The notes under the pieces: model-generated | The model's input: the letters and a program-made list of their open reading frames with translations, nothing else | Told to the model about the DNA's origin: nothing | Database searches by the model: none | Source of the DNA: Candidatus Kaiserbacteria bacterium | GTDB taxonomy: Bacteria; Patescibacteriota; Minisyncoccia; Phycocordibacterales; UBA2100 | Length of the DNA: 64,000 nt | Assembly (NCBI GenBank): GCA_027083345.1 | Contig: JALWOZ010000008.1 | Span: 5,006-69,005, forward strand | Reading direction: 5' to 3' | Translations under genes and position numbers: made by a program | In this document: one piece after another, positions 18,642-28,291 of the stretch | How positions within the stretch are numbered: position 1 is the first letter of the stretch | Layout: each line of letters opens with the position of its first letter

Positions 18642-20789
18642 TTATTGAGTACTTTCCAGTTTCTTTGTAGTAGTGGCTTCAGTGGATTTAATCTCAGCCT
18701 TTGATGTAGATTTACCTATCCTAGCCTTTAAAGAGTCCACTAATTTCCTTACATCTTTATTGTCAGGATTCAACACTACAACTCTTTGCATCACAACCAA
18801 CGCTTCTTGAAGTCTCCCCTCTTGAATCAAAGCTAAAGATAGATAATACAAAGCATTGGCATTATTTTGATCTATCTGTACAACAGCACCTAAAGCCCTT
18901 ATGGCTGTTTTAGCGTCCTGCTCAGAGAGTTTTAAAAGTCCGTATTGATAAAGTGCAGGTTCGTAATTAGGTTTCAGTCGTAGAGAAGCCTCGAGTGCTT
19001 TAGTCATTTGTTCTTTATCACCCAGTACTCCGTTTACCCTAGCAATGGCAAGAGGTATAAACGGATTCTTAGGGTCAAGCTCTAGAGCTTTAGTATAAGC
19101 AGCTAATGCACTCTCTCCGGCACCCCGTATCTTAAGTGCCATTAGTTGCTCACTAATATCACCTAATATCATATAATTTGTTGGATTTGTTGGATCTTTC
19201 TCTATGGCTAATTTTGCATGAGTTAAAACATTAGACAAAGCACCTTGCAAAGTCTTTTGATCTATTTTACTATCCTTCTTATTTTTGTCAGCCTTTAAAA
19301 GAGTAGCTAATTTTGTTATTGCTACTCTGGTATATCCCCTTTCTACCTCTGCTGAATTAGCTAAGCCTCTTACTTTGTCTAATAATTGTTCTGCCTTATC
19401 AACCTTACCATTTAGCGCAGATGTTGACGCTTGTGATATAAATAAATCTACAACTGCTCTGTGCCCCACCACCGCTAACGACCCCACACTAGCCACACCT
19501 ACTACAGGCAAGAGTATGAATACTAATAATCTATTCTTACCTTCTCCTCTTAATTTATAATTAATAACCTTAACCGTACGAGCTCTTGTTAAATCTGACA
19601 CAAATAATCCAGTTACAACAAACCCTATTAAAAATACCAAAGTACCCACAGGGTTAAAGATCATAAATACCCAAACAAATAACGTAGGTAATGCAAAAAC
19701 AGAATTTCTATTACGCAATACAGCTAATAACAGTACCAATAAAAACACCAACCACCCAACTAATACTACTATACCCCCAGTTATGACACTTGTAGGCACC
19801 AATCCTACTGCGCTATTAAAATTAGCTCCCCAAAAACGAGTAATGTTTACAGTTGTAGGTTTATAGACTCTCCATAAGTTGTTAAAAGATCCAGACCCTT
19901 GACCAAATAACTTTGTGGTTATATCTGACGTACCTATAGACCCTTTTGCAACAGTTAAAGTCCCTTGCCAGTTAGGTCGCACATCAACAAAAGACACCTT
20001 AGACCAACCCTGCAAAGTATTACTTACTCGTGCATTTATTAATGTATTATCTACAATAAATAATCCTGATAATACCAACACTACCAAGGGTAAGAATGTG
20101 AGACTGTTTTTGAAGTTAAATGCAAATACAAAATGGCCCTCGTCGTTTTTATGTACCATTACTTGCCATAGTTTAAATATTGAGAATAAAAACAGAACTA
20201 CAAATATATTATTAATATTTGTAAAGACACCCATAAAGATAAGCGTAAAAACAACAATTGTTATATATAACGAATGCTTCAACTTACCCTTATCCACCAA
20301 TTGCTTATTCACACTAAGTATCATCACCACCATCAAACCTATCATAGAAGCTACATCTATCCACGTTCTAACCGGCATAAATGGTGCCAACCAAGATACT
20401 ATACTCAAAGACAACACATTTAATAAAATCTGCAATATAAATAATACAAAGACAAACACAGATACCCCCATCACAAACTTCTTTATTTTGTCTGCAGTTG
20501 CCTTCTTAACACTTAATAAAACTGTTAATGACAAAGACAAAAAGCCTAATGTGGTTACAATTAATGAATCTGTATTAAAACCATAACCTAAGACTGCTGT
20601 ATTTTTATCTACTGCAAAAATAGCTGACAACAAATAAGCCACTGGCAACAATGCTGATGTAAACAATATAGAGGAGCTAGGTATCATTAAATTGCCTCTA
20701 CGTAGACTCTTTACTAACACAATAAGCAATGGCAAAGTTACTATTGTTGTAACTACTACTATTTTAATTATTATTGATATTAGTTCCAT
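18642..20789 (-). CDS. Polytopic membrane protein (Wzy/O-antigen-ligase-like) with C-terminal TPR repeats
   Basis: More than 10 N-terminal TM helices. The C-terminal ~250 aa have repeated TPR-like A..Y..AL.L.P.N patterns. The family assignment is tentative. Confidence 0.4.
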   Translation of the reverse strand: MELISIIIKIVVVTTIVTLPLLIVLVKSLRRGNLMIPSSSILFTSALLPVAYLLSAIFAVDKNTAVLGYGFNTDSLIVTTLGFLSLSLTVLLSVKKATADKIKKFVMGVSVFVFVLFILQILLNVLSLSIVSWLAPFMPVRTWIDVASMIGLMVVMILSVNKQLVDKGKLKHSLYITIVVFTLIFMGVFTNINNIFVVLFLFSIFKLWQVMVHKNDEGHFVFAFNFKNSLTFLPLVVLVLSGLFIVDNTLINARVSNTLQGWSKVSFVDVRPNWQGTLTVAKGSIGTSDITTKLFGQGSGSFNNLWRVYKPTTVNITRFWGANFNSAVGLVPTSVITGGIVVLVGWLVFLLVLLLAVLRNRNSVFALPTLFVWVFMIFNPVGTLVFLIGFVVTGLFVSDLTRARTVKVINYKLRGEGKNRLLVFILLPVVGVASVGSLAVVGHRAVVDLFISQASTSALNGKVDKAEQLLDKVRGLANSAEVERGYTRVAITKLATLLKADKNKKDSKIDQKTLQGALSNVLTHAKLAIEKDPTNPTNYMILGDISEQLMALKIRGAGESALAAYTKALELDPKNPFIPLAIARVNGVLGDKEQMTKALEASLRLKPNYEPALYQYGLLKLSEQDAKTAIRALGAVVQIDQNNANALYYLSLALIQEGRLQEALVVMQRVVVLNPDNKDVRKLVDSLKARIGKSTSKAEIKSTEATTTKKLESTQ

Positions 20790-20816
20790 ATTGTTTTTAT
20801 TTATTATTTAATAAAG

Positions 20817-21368
20817 TTATTTAGCTAAGAAAGAGCTCATGACCAACTCTTTATTAGCATTACTTATAGGCTCATCTGTTTTTAAGCTAAACTCTTTATC
20901 ACCGTTATCTTTATACAACACTACTACATAATTCTTATTATGCTCTGTACCCCTCAACAAATACACCTTAACATTCTCACTCTTCCCGGGATCCACTCTG
21001 GTAGCTCCTAAAGCATTGGCTATGACTCCACCATTAAGCTCATGTACCACAACCCACCCACTGTCATACTTAGAATCTAGATCTACTGATTTAACTAGCA
21101 CTGAGTCTCCTGCACCTTGAGAAGCAACGACTACAGCGTCTGACTGAACACTTAAAGGGCTGATAGTAGTAGCACTATCATTACCTACACTTACATTATG
21201 TTGCGGAGTTAAATCTGCCTCTAAGCTACTCTTAGTTACAGATTCTAGAGCCTCCTCGTCTTTAGTATCACTAAAAAAATGACTCCAACTATACAAACCC
21301 ACTATACCAACAAAAAAACCTAGCACAAAAAATATAATTTGTTTCAAGTTTATAGTATTCATAGACAT
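20817..21368 (-). CDS. Hypothetical secreted/membrane-anchored protein
   Basis: N-terminal signal anchor (IIFFVLGFFVGIVGLYSW); no recognisable motif. Confidence 0.4.
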   Translation of the reverse strand: MSMNTINLKQIIFFVLGFFVGIVGLYSWSHFFSDTKDEEALESVTKSSLEADLTPQHNVSVGNDSATTISPLSVQSDAVVVASQGAGDSVLVKSVDLDSKYDSGWVVVHELNGGVIANALGATRVDPGKSENVKVYLLRGTEHNKNYVVVLYKDNGDKEFSLKTDEPISNANKELVMSSFLAK

Positions 21369-21405
21369 TACATTATATTAATTAAATTAGATGCCTATTT
21401 TATCA

Positions 21406-22242
21406 TTAAACTCTGGTTAGTGCATCTAATTGTATCAACACTTTATCCACTTTATCAGCACTGACTCCAGCATCTAAAAGAACATTCCTATCGCCTACAA
21501 CATCTCTACATAACACCTTATTCATCTCTAGTAAATTACGCTTCTCTCTATTTGTTAGAGTAGTCAACATAGTTATAGGGTGGAGCTTGGCTTCTTCAAT
21601 CAGAACTTCTAAACCTTTATTACGTGGATAATCCCAACCCAATAACTTTATAGTACCTACACAACGTGCATATTTTATTACATTATGGGTAAAACGAGTA
21701 TTGGTAACTAACCAACCTTGCACCACCTTATTGCCACCTCTAGCCCTAGCCAAATCATCAAAACGAGACTTAATATATAATATCACTTTTAGATCAGATT
21801 TAGTACCTAAAGAATTATGAAATTTAACCTCCATGCCAAATCTCTTACCCTTTAAAATACCCGTAACATCTATCTCATGAGAGACACACGCCCCTTGCAT
21901 AACTACCCCTGTTTCTACATCCTCAGCTCCTTGTGACTCCATAACTCCTGCTATAAATTGCTCAAAGGGGAAGCCACTAGGACCCAACTCGAGTATCGCT
22001 CTTTTAATAGAATATCGGGCAGCCACCTCCGGATGCTCATGTTCATATTGTCGTAAGGTGTTAAAGGCATGCTTATATATCTCTTGGGTTGTCATCCCCT
22101 CTTTTAACTCATGTTGTATATGTTGAGCCACCTTTTCTATTATCTCATTATTAGAACCGGAACGTTTAAGAGAACGTTTTAATTTAGCCACATCAAAGAA
22201 TTCCTTCTCCCCGTCTGCTTTTTTTATTAAAATCTTAGGCAT
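21406..22242 (-). CDS. ATP-cone domain fused to Mrr-type restriction-endonuclease-like domain
   Basis: N-terminal ILIKKADGEKEFFDVAKLKRSLKRSG (ATP-cone). The middle region FEQFIAGVMESQGAEDVE...DVTGI...KSRFDDL...VTNTRFTHNVIKYA matches the Mrr_cat pattern (FE.lv..ll...G......D.G.D.......QcK.......v....G.....a....VT...FT..A..). Confidence 0.5.
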   Translation of the reverse strand: MPKILIKKADGEKEFFDVAKLKRSLKRSGSNNEIIEKVAQHIQHELKEGMTTQEIYKHAFNTLRQYEHEHPEVAARYSIKRAILELGPSGFPFEQFIAGVMESQGAEDVETGVVMQGACVSHEIDVTGILKGKRFGMEVKFHNSLGTKSDLKVILYIKSRFDDLARARGGNKVVQGWLVTNTRFTHNVIKYARCVGTIKLLGWDYPRNKGLEVLIEEAKLHPITMLTTLTNREKRNLLEMNKVLCRDVVGDRNVLLDAGVSADKVDKVLIQLDALTRV

Positions 22243-22243
22243 C

Positions 22244-22660
22244 TTATTTAACTATTATATCTCTATTATCTCCATTTATCTTAACCTTTATAGGTGTATG
22301 CTCATCCCCATCAAATTGTATAAAAAATGTCTCAGACACACTCTTATCCACATCACCACCTTCACAAACATAAGGCTTATCAACTGTAAACTCTAATAAT
22401 TGTTCTCCATTTATCTCGTTGTTATCTAGAAACAATTGACTACAGGAGTTAGGCAACAAAATACTACCCGTTAGGGAGACCTTGCCATTACTAACCTCTC
22501 TATAGGCTATTATAGGTTCGGTGCCACCATCCGACAATAAAATACCTCCAGCTATAAATAAATACGCAACACCACCAATAATCAACATTATTATAACAAC
22601 CCATACTAAATATAAGAGCGTCCCTAAAATATTGTCTTGCATACTATGTTTCTCTAACAT
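22244..22660 (-). CDS. Hypothetical small membrane protein
   Basis: One TM (LLYLVWVVIIMLIIGGVAYLFIAGGILL); probably co-transcribed with 21406..22242 (1-nt gap). Confidence 0.4.
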   Translation of the reverse strand: MLEKHSMQDNILGTLLYLVWVVIIMLIIGGVAYLFIAGGILLSDGGTEPIIAYREVSNGKVSLTGSILLPNSCSQLFLDNNEINGEQLLEFTVDKPYVCEGGDVDKSVSETFFIQFDGDEHTPIKVKINGDNRDIIVK

Positions 22661-22734
22661 CTGCCTAATGATACTACTATATTGTAGTATTGGCTAAGAG
22701 CATTTCCACAACACCACAGTATAAAGAATAAATC

Positions 22735-23811
22735 TTACAAATAGTACATCTCTCCACCACCTAAACACTCAGCACCATCATAAACCGCTAAAAACTGACC
22801 TTGTGCAAGAGCGTAAGGAGTATCTATAAAATTAACTGTATCCGCCTGTAAAGAACATCTATATAAGTCTCCTCTATGCCTAATCCTACACTCATACACT
22901 CTGCCTACTATAGGGGGCTCATTTATCCAATTAGTATTAATAAGCTTTATAGTCTTTATACTTTTCTGCCACGAATCAAACTCTTCTTTATTACCTACTG
23001 TTATAGTATTAGCCTCAACATCTCTTTTAATAACAAACAACCTAGACATATTAGATGTCTGATATTTAGGCAAAATAGTAAAACCATGTCTCTCTCCTAT
23101 TGTAGAGAGTTTACTACCTTTATGACTACCGATCACCTCTCCTTTTGTATTTAGTACATCTCCACTCTCTTGTTTAATATATTTCTTTAAAAAATCTTTT
23201 ACTTCTATCTCATAGCCTATAAAACATATACCTTGCGAATCTTTCTTGTCAGCATTATGTAACCCTATCTCTCCAGCCAACTTCCTAATCTCACCTTTTT
23301 GATACTCTCCCACCGGGAAGAGTGTACGACTCAAAACACTTTTAGATACTTGGGATAAAAAATAGCTTTGATCTTTATTATTGTCTACACTTTTAAAAAG
23401 CTTCGTATTGCCATTATGTGTAGAGACTCGCGCATAATGGCCGGTTGCCAAAAAATCCGCCCCCATGCCAAAAACCTTCTCAGCAAACACACCAAACTTA
23501 ATCTCCTTATTGCAAATAATATCAGGATTTGGAGTATTGCCCATATTATATTCTCTAATCATATAATCAAAAACCCTTTGTTTATACTCCTCTTCTAAAT
23601 CTAATACTTTAAATGGGACGTCTAATTGTTTACACACCTTTTGAGCAGACAATCCCTGCTCTCGACAATACTCTCTATTACCATCAGGTTTATATGTTTT
23701 AAAATATACTCCAGTTACATCGTACCCTCGCTCTTTTAAAAGAGCGAGGGCCATAGAGCTGTCTACACCACCACTAAGGGCGACAAATACTTTTTCATCT
23801 TTATTAATCAC
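22735..23811 (-). CDS. mnmA: tRNA-specific 2-thiouridylase MnmA
   Basis: VFVALSGGVDSSMA PP-loop, GHYAR, DQSYFL motifs. Confidence 0.85.
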   Translation of the reverse strand: MINKDEKVFVALSGGVDSSMALALLKERGYDVTGVYFKTYKPDGNREYCREQGLSAQKVCKQLDVPFKVLDLEEEYKQRVFDYMIREYNMGNTPNPDIICNKEIKFGVFAEKVFGMGADFLATGHYARVSTHNGNTKLFKSVDNNKDQSYFLSQVSKSVLSRTLFPVGEYQKGEIRKLAGEIGLHNADKKDSQGICFIGYEIEVKDFLKKYIKQESGDVLNTKGEVIGSHKGSKLSTIGERHGFTILPKYQTSNMSRLFVIKRDVEANTITVGNKEEFDSWQKSIKTIKLINTNWINEPPIVGRVYECRIRHRGDLYRCSLQADTVNFIDTPYALAQGQFLAVYDGAECLGGGEMYYL

Positions 23812-23850
23812 TTTATTACTCTACATCAAGCCTATACACCTTTCAACCTG

Positions 23851-25152
23851 TTAAGGTGTTGGTAATATCTCAATAGTAAAGTCTTTTGCATTTTTAGGGA
23901 AAGTCTTACGCCAAAATGGTCTTATAATAGCCTCTGCTTTGTCTATAGTTGGATAACCCGTAAGTATGGTCAATAAGGCATCCTTTTGCTTGCCTGCCAA
24001 GTCTTTTATAAGATTTTGTTTATCAAACATCCACACAAAGTCTGCGTCTCCGTTCACAATCAATTTAACACTATCAGCATCAGAGTCGTCTGTCGTCTTT
24101 TGTACTATCTCCACACTCAACTTGCTTGGGTCTTTAATTGTTGGGTAACCTTTGTCTGGATTACCGGCAACACTGGCAGACAAAACCCTAGCCAACTCAA
24201 CTTTGTCAAATACAATAACCTTAACTTTAGCATTCTCTACTATTTGGACCTTACCTCCTATCTCACTCTCACTTGTGTCTGCAAATTCTATATATACTCC
24301 ACTGTCAAAATATCTCGTGTCTTCCGGTATTCTATTTTTAATCTCAGTTAATACCTCCTTTTTTATCTTATTCCTTAAAGTTGCACTAGCAGAACTCTTA
24401 CTCTCTTGACTCACAACCGCTCGCTCCCCATCGAAGCCTCCGGTAATTGGAGATTTAACTTTAGCATATATATTAGTATACATATCCGGGAGACTCTTGA
24501 GTCCGGGTAGAGTTAAGCTACCACTTTGTATGTTATACGACTCTCCTGCCTCGTCTGCATATACGCGCACATCTAATGTACCCGGAGCACCAGATGTCTT
24601 GCCTGGTACTACTATAGACTCTCTCACCCTATACACATGACCATCACTTGTCTCAAAACGAGTATTCTTAATTAATCGTTGCTTATTCTTAGTAAAATTA
24701 TTATACACAGTAATTACACCAGAGGCTTTCTCTTTAACCTGCTCACGACCAGTAGGTTCTAAATCAACCTTATCTGTTGAATCCCATTCTACTACAGAAT
24801 AATTAAGGGTGTTGAGGCCATCATTTGTATCAGATTGAGAATTCTTTAAAAATGCATTAAATATGGCATCGTTAAATGTAGCCTTAGTTACAACAGGTTT
24901 AATTCTAATAGTTGTATCTGAAAAGATTGTAGGTATAGACACCACAAGAGCCAGTATAAATAATATACCAATTAACAGAAACCAAAACAGTCCCGACTTT
25001 TTACGCTTCTTACTCTCACCATGCTTAAGTGCGTTAGTATTAGAGTTATTTACTCTGGGCATCCTACGCTTGTATCCATCTCCATTACCACGACTGGCTC
25101 TATCTATTTGTAAATCTCTAATTGAAGCTCTTTTGTTTTTGGGTTCGTCCAT
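23851..25152 (-). CDS. Hypothetical membrane-anchored protein (basic N-terminus, single TM, large extracytoplasmic domain)
   Basis: KRKKSGLFWFLLIGILFILALVVSIPTIF TM; no recognisable catalytic motif. Confidence 0.4.
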   Translation of the reverse strand: MDEPKNKRASIRDLQIDRASRGNGDGYKRRMPRVNNSNTNALKHGESKKRKKSGLFWFLLIGILFILALVVSIPTIFSDTTIRIKPVVTKATFNDAIFNAFLKNSQSDTNDGLNTLNYSVVEWDSTDKVDLEPTGREQVKEKASGVITVYNNFTKNKQRLIKNTRFETSDGHVYRVRESIVVPGKTSGAPGTLDVRVYADEAGESYNIQSGSLTLPGLKSLPDMYTNIYAKVKSPITGGFDGERAVVSQESKSSASATLRNKIKKEVLTEIKNRIPEDTRYFDSGVYIEFADTSESEIGGKVQIVENAKVKVIVFDKVELARVLSASVAGNPDKGYPTIKDPSKLSVEIVQKTTDDSDADSVKLIVNGDADFVWMFDKQNLIKDLAGKQKDALLTILTGYPTIDKAEAIIRPFWRKTFPKNAKDFTIEILPTP

Positions 25153-25157
25153 GTTAT

Positions 25158-25877
25158 CTATAGTATAGCATTAGTAATAGCTTGCAAATCTCCTGCTGTG
25201 TATATCTCTCTATATAATATTGGGTCATCCAACTCTACTACTAGCTCTTTATAAGTATATGTTATGTCTCTATTAAAAGTCTTATCCAAAACTCCAACTA
25301 ACCCTTGCCAAAACTCAGACACTATCAACTCCTTCACTATCTCTATATTTATAGTCTTAGCCCACCTATTTAATACTTTGGGGGTGAGGTATCCATTAAG
25401 CTTAATCTGAGACACCTTCTCTGAGAAGATTGCATACCTTTTGGGTATAGAGTCTATATCATCTGACAACTTCTCTCCCTTTTTAACCGCATCAGACAAT
25501 ATCTTGGTAGTTATTTTAATCTTATCTTTTAAATCTAAAAAATACTCCGCTCTAGAGGCTTTAGCCAGAGGATCGTTTATAAAACAAATAGCTCTCGCTC
25601 CACCAATGTTAAAGTCTACATGCTTTAGCTCCTCAGCAACAATTAAAGTATGAGACATATCCTCTACTCTCTTGGCAAGATCGTTAAAAGATCTTTTCTT
25701 CATCCCTTTATCTGTTAAATTCGGTACACGTTTTTTATAAACAATCTCTGCCATTGTATCAGCTACATCATTAAAATTTGTATATCTAATAGCCCCAACT
25801 TCTAAAAAGTCCTCATTAATTTGGAAGATAATGGAATCTTTCGTATTTGTAGATTTTAACTTTAAATCAATATGCAT
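25158..25877 (-). CDS. Hypothetical cytoplasmic protein
   Basis: 239-aa ORF, 6 nt upstream of 23851..25152 on the same strand; no recognisable motif. Confidence 0.4.
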   Translation of the reverse strand: MHIDLKLKSTNTKDSIIFQINEDFLEVGAIRYTNFNDVADTMAEIVYKKRVPNLTDKGMKKRSFNDLAKRVEDMSHTLIVAEELKHVDFNIGGARAICFINDPLAKASRAEYFLDLKDKIKITTKILSDAVKKGEKLSDDIDSIPKRYAIFSEKVSQIKLNGYLTPKVLNRWAKTINIEIVKELIVSEFWQGLVGVLDKTFNRDITYTYKELVVELDDPILYREIYTAGDLQAITNAIL

Positions 25878-25997
25878 ATTAATTTAAGTATATCAGAATA
25901 ATACAAAATAACTCTGGCGTAAAAATAAGAAATGTGTATAATATCGACACTACAAAAGGCAAGCATGGCTGTGCCCTGCATAGCTCTAACGTAGTAA

Positions 25998-26069
25998 GGT
26001 CCTATAGTATAATGGTTAGTACATCGCCCTCTCACGGCGGAGATCGGGGTTCGACTCCCCGTAGGATCA
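25998..26069 (+). tRNA. tRNA-Glu (anticodon CUC)
   Basis: Folded by hand. Acceptor GGTCCTA/TAGGATC (one G-U), D-arm with GG loop, anticodon stem TCGCC/GGCGG with loop CT-CTC-AC, 4-nt variable region, T-arm CGGGG-TTCGACT-CCCCG, discriminator A, no encoded CCA. Confidence 0.8.
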
Positions 26070-27756
26070 CATCAAGGGATTTTTGTCCCATATACTCATC
26101 AGATAGCCTGAAAATAGGCGACATTTTTGGTGTTCCATTAAGTATTTCTTGGTATGTTGGTGTTTCTTCAAATACAAGACCAAATAATGCCTGTTGAGTA
26201 CCTAAATCGTCATTATTTATAAGCATTTCTACTGGGTGTTCCATTAGATGTTTTGCATATCGTACAAATGCCTTTATTTTCTTCTCACTAACCTCAATAG
26301 TATTGCGTTGTGTCTCTGCCAATAGTATATCTTTTTCTAGTTGGTCTATTTCTTCCTCTTTCTTTTTTCTAACAACAGCACTCTCTATCATATCAAGTGC
26401 TTGAAGTTTTACCGCTTGTTGACTTTTTAGGTCTGCAACATTTCTATTTATTTGTGATGCTTCTTGCACTATGTCTTTTTCTCGTGCTCTATATCTTTTA
26501 AGGAGTACATACTCTAATGAGTTTGCAAAGTCATCTTCAAACTTCATATTTTCAACAAAGTGCTTTATATTTTTCTCAAACTCTTCTTTTGGTATACGAT
26601 TGTATTTATGTGCTCTCTTGCCAGTTTTATAACCCCCACAGTGGTATGCTGGGTGCTTTTTGCCAAGTTTACCTCTTGAAGCACTTCCCAATAATGGCTT
26701 TTTGCACTCTTGGCATAATAAAAACTTGAATGGATAATCTGGATTATTTTTATTACGTTGCTTCTGCCACGGAGAATAGTCTTTGAGTATTTTTATAGAA
26801 CCATCTTCATTCTCTTGTATAAAAACCTTTCCGTGGTTTGCTTTATTAAATAGTTCAATGGAAACTAAGCCGTCATATTGAGTACGTATAGGCTTATTGT
26901 GTGTCCATCTTTCAGTACGAATGCCAGCATAGATGGTTCTTTGTATGTATCTTTGCAGTTGCTTTACTGTAAGTTTATTCCCACCAACACTTCCGATTAT
27001 ATGCATTTTATCTTTACTCCATCTATTCATCTTAGGTGTTCTGAAACCCATTGCATTTAGTTTCTTAACAATCTCTTTATCTGGGACACCTCGTGCACGC
27101 AACTCAAACATTTTTATAAAATAATGTGCCCTGTCTGGGCTTGGAACTGCAATAAATCTCTTCTTTCCGTTAATAAGTACCTTTTTATTAGCATATCCAT
27201 CGTTTGCTCTGCGTACCGTATAACCGTCTTGTATAGTTCTTATTGAAGCACCAACCATTCTAGTTAAAATACCAGATACGTCATCTTCTGCCCTTTGTGC
27301 CTCCATAAGTTGTGCACTTGCAGTGGCAGAATGCTTACTCCAAGAGTACTCAAATCCTAAATCACCAAGTGTATTTATTTCAGGTTGTATTATTCCATAC
27401 GTGTCTACCAGTTCTACACCCAAACTTCTAAGACTGTCTTTCATACTTTGATAAGTAACAGCACCGTCTCTTGTAATCCTATCTATACTTTTTATTAAAT
27501 AATAGTGTACTTGTATACCTTTTGATTTTAACTCTTTTATGTATGTAAGTATCTGCTTAAAATCCTCTCTTTCTTCTGCACGTCCAGAATATACCTTACT
27601 AAATATATTAAGTGTATTCCATTTTTTTGCATCAGCATAACTTGTACACATCATCTTTTGCTCGTCTAAACCACCACCAGTGAGTTGTTTCTGGGAACTA
27701 ATCCTACAGTCTATTATGCAGTTTTTTTGCTCTTCTGGTTTTTTTAGAGTATTCAT
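26032..27756 (-). CDS. Large serine recombinase (phage-type serine integrase)
   Basis: N-terminal resolvase domain (CRISSQKQ with catalytic Ser; DRITRD), recombinase domain, Cys-rich zinc ribbon (CQECKKPL...YHCGGY) and a C-terminal coiled-coil. The last ~12 codons overlap the 3' end of the tRNA-Glu. Confidence 0.85.
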   Translation of the reverse strand: MNTLKKPEEQKNCIIDCRISSQKQLTGGGLDEQKMMCTSYADAKKWNTLNIFSKVYSGRAEEREDFKQILTYIKELKSKGIQVHYYLIKSIDRITRDGAVTYQSMKDSLRSLGVELVDTYGIIQPEINTLGDLGFEYSWSKHSATASAQLMEAQRAEDDVSGILTRMVGASIRTIQDGYTVRRANDGYANKKVLINGKKRFIAVPSPDRAHYFIKMFELRARGVPDKEIVKKLNAMGFRTPKMNRWSKDKMHIIGSVGGNKLTVKQLQRYIQRTIYAGIRTERWTHNKPIRTQYDGLVSIELFNKANHGKVFIQENEDGSIKILKDYSPWQKQRNKNNPDYPFKFLLCQECKKPLLGSASRGKLGKKHPAYHCGGYKTGKRAHKYNRIPKEEFEKNIKHFVENMKFEDDFANSLEYVLLKRYRAREKDIVQEASQINRNVADLKSQQAVKLQALDMIESAVVRKKKEEEIDQLEKDILLAETQRNTIEVSEKKIKAFVRYAKHLMEHPVEMLINNDDLGTQQALFGLVFEETPTYQEILNGTPKMSPIFRLSDEYMGQKSLDVILRGVEPRSPP

Positions 27757-27758
27757 AT

Positions 27759-27998
27759 TTACATAACTTTATTATACATCTCTTGTACACTTTTTTCTTC
27801 TACAAGCCATCTGTCAAGAAGTATATCTGCCAACTTAGATTGAGTATGGTATAAATCTTTGATTTCATTATCAGACATAGATAATCCCTTTTTACCAAGT
27901 GATTTCTTAAAGCCATTAAACCACTCCTCTGCACCAAGTTGTTTACTATTTAGACTATTGTTTTGTGTTTGTTGAGGTTGCATAGTATTTTGCACCAC
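27759..27998 (-). CDS. Small hypothetical protein adjacent to integrase (possible recombination directionality factor)
   Basis: 79-aa ORF 2 nt upstream of the integrase start on the same strand; no motif. The RDF role is a guess from position only. Confidence 0.3.
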   Translation of the reverse strand: MVQNTMQPQQTQNNSLNSKQLGAEEWFNGFKKSLGKKGLSMSDNEIKDLYHTQSKLADILLDRWLVEEKSVQEMYNKVM

Positions 27999-28214
27999 AA
28001 CAACACATCAACACAAAAAAGTGTCCGATAAGACACTCATTAAAACTCCTCTAAAGTTTAGTCAACAAGAGAAGATGAATGCTCATCTTGACTGTTGTTG
28101 CAGTCGTACCCCCGTCCCCAACAGAAGATAAACTGACTAAACTTGCTATTATTTTGTATCTTTAAGTATACTCAAAATATGAGAAAACACAATACACCGC
28201 TATAAATAAGGGTT

Positions 28215-28282
28215 ATTTGACTGCCATTGGTTAGGCACTGTCTGTCATTGGTATGCCACTGTCAGCCAATGGTTTGTCATAA
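28215..28282. promoter_or_regulatory. Cluster of short CCATTGG/CCAATGG and GSCACTGTC repeats (candidate operator/att-type site)
   Basis: tgactGCCATTGGttagGCACTGTCtgtCATTGGtatGCCACTGTCagCCAATGGtttgtca, in the intergenic region upstream of 28292..28759. Confidence 0.35.
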
Positions 28283-28291
28283 TGATTGTGG

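Noticed and set aside
19915-20586. 223-aa + strand ORF inside 18642..20789
   Set aside because: Antisense shadow of the long membrane-protein gene. Low-complexity N/T/K-rich translation typical of AT-rich antisense frames.
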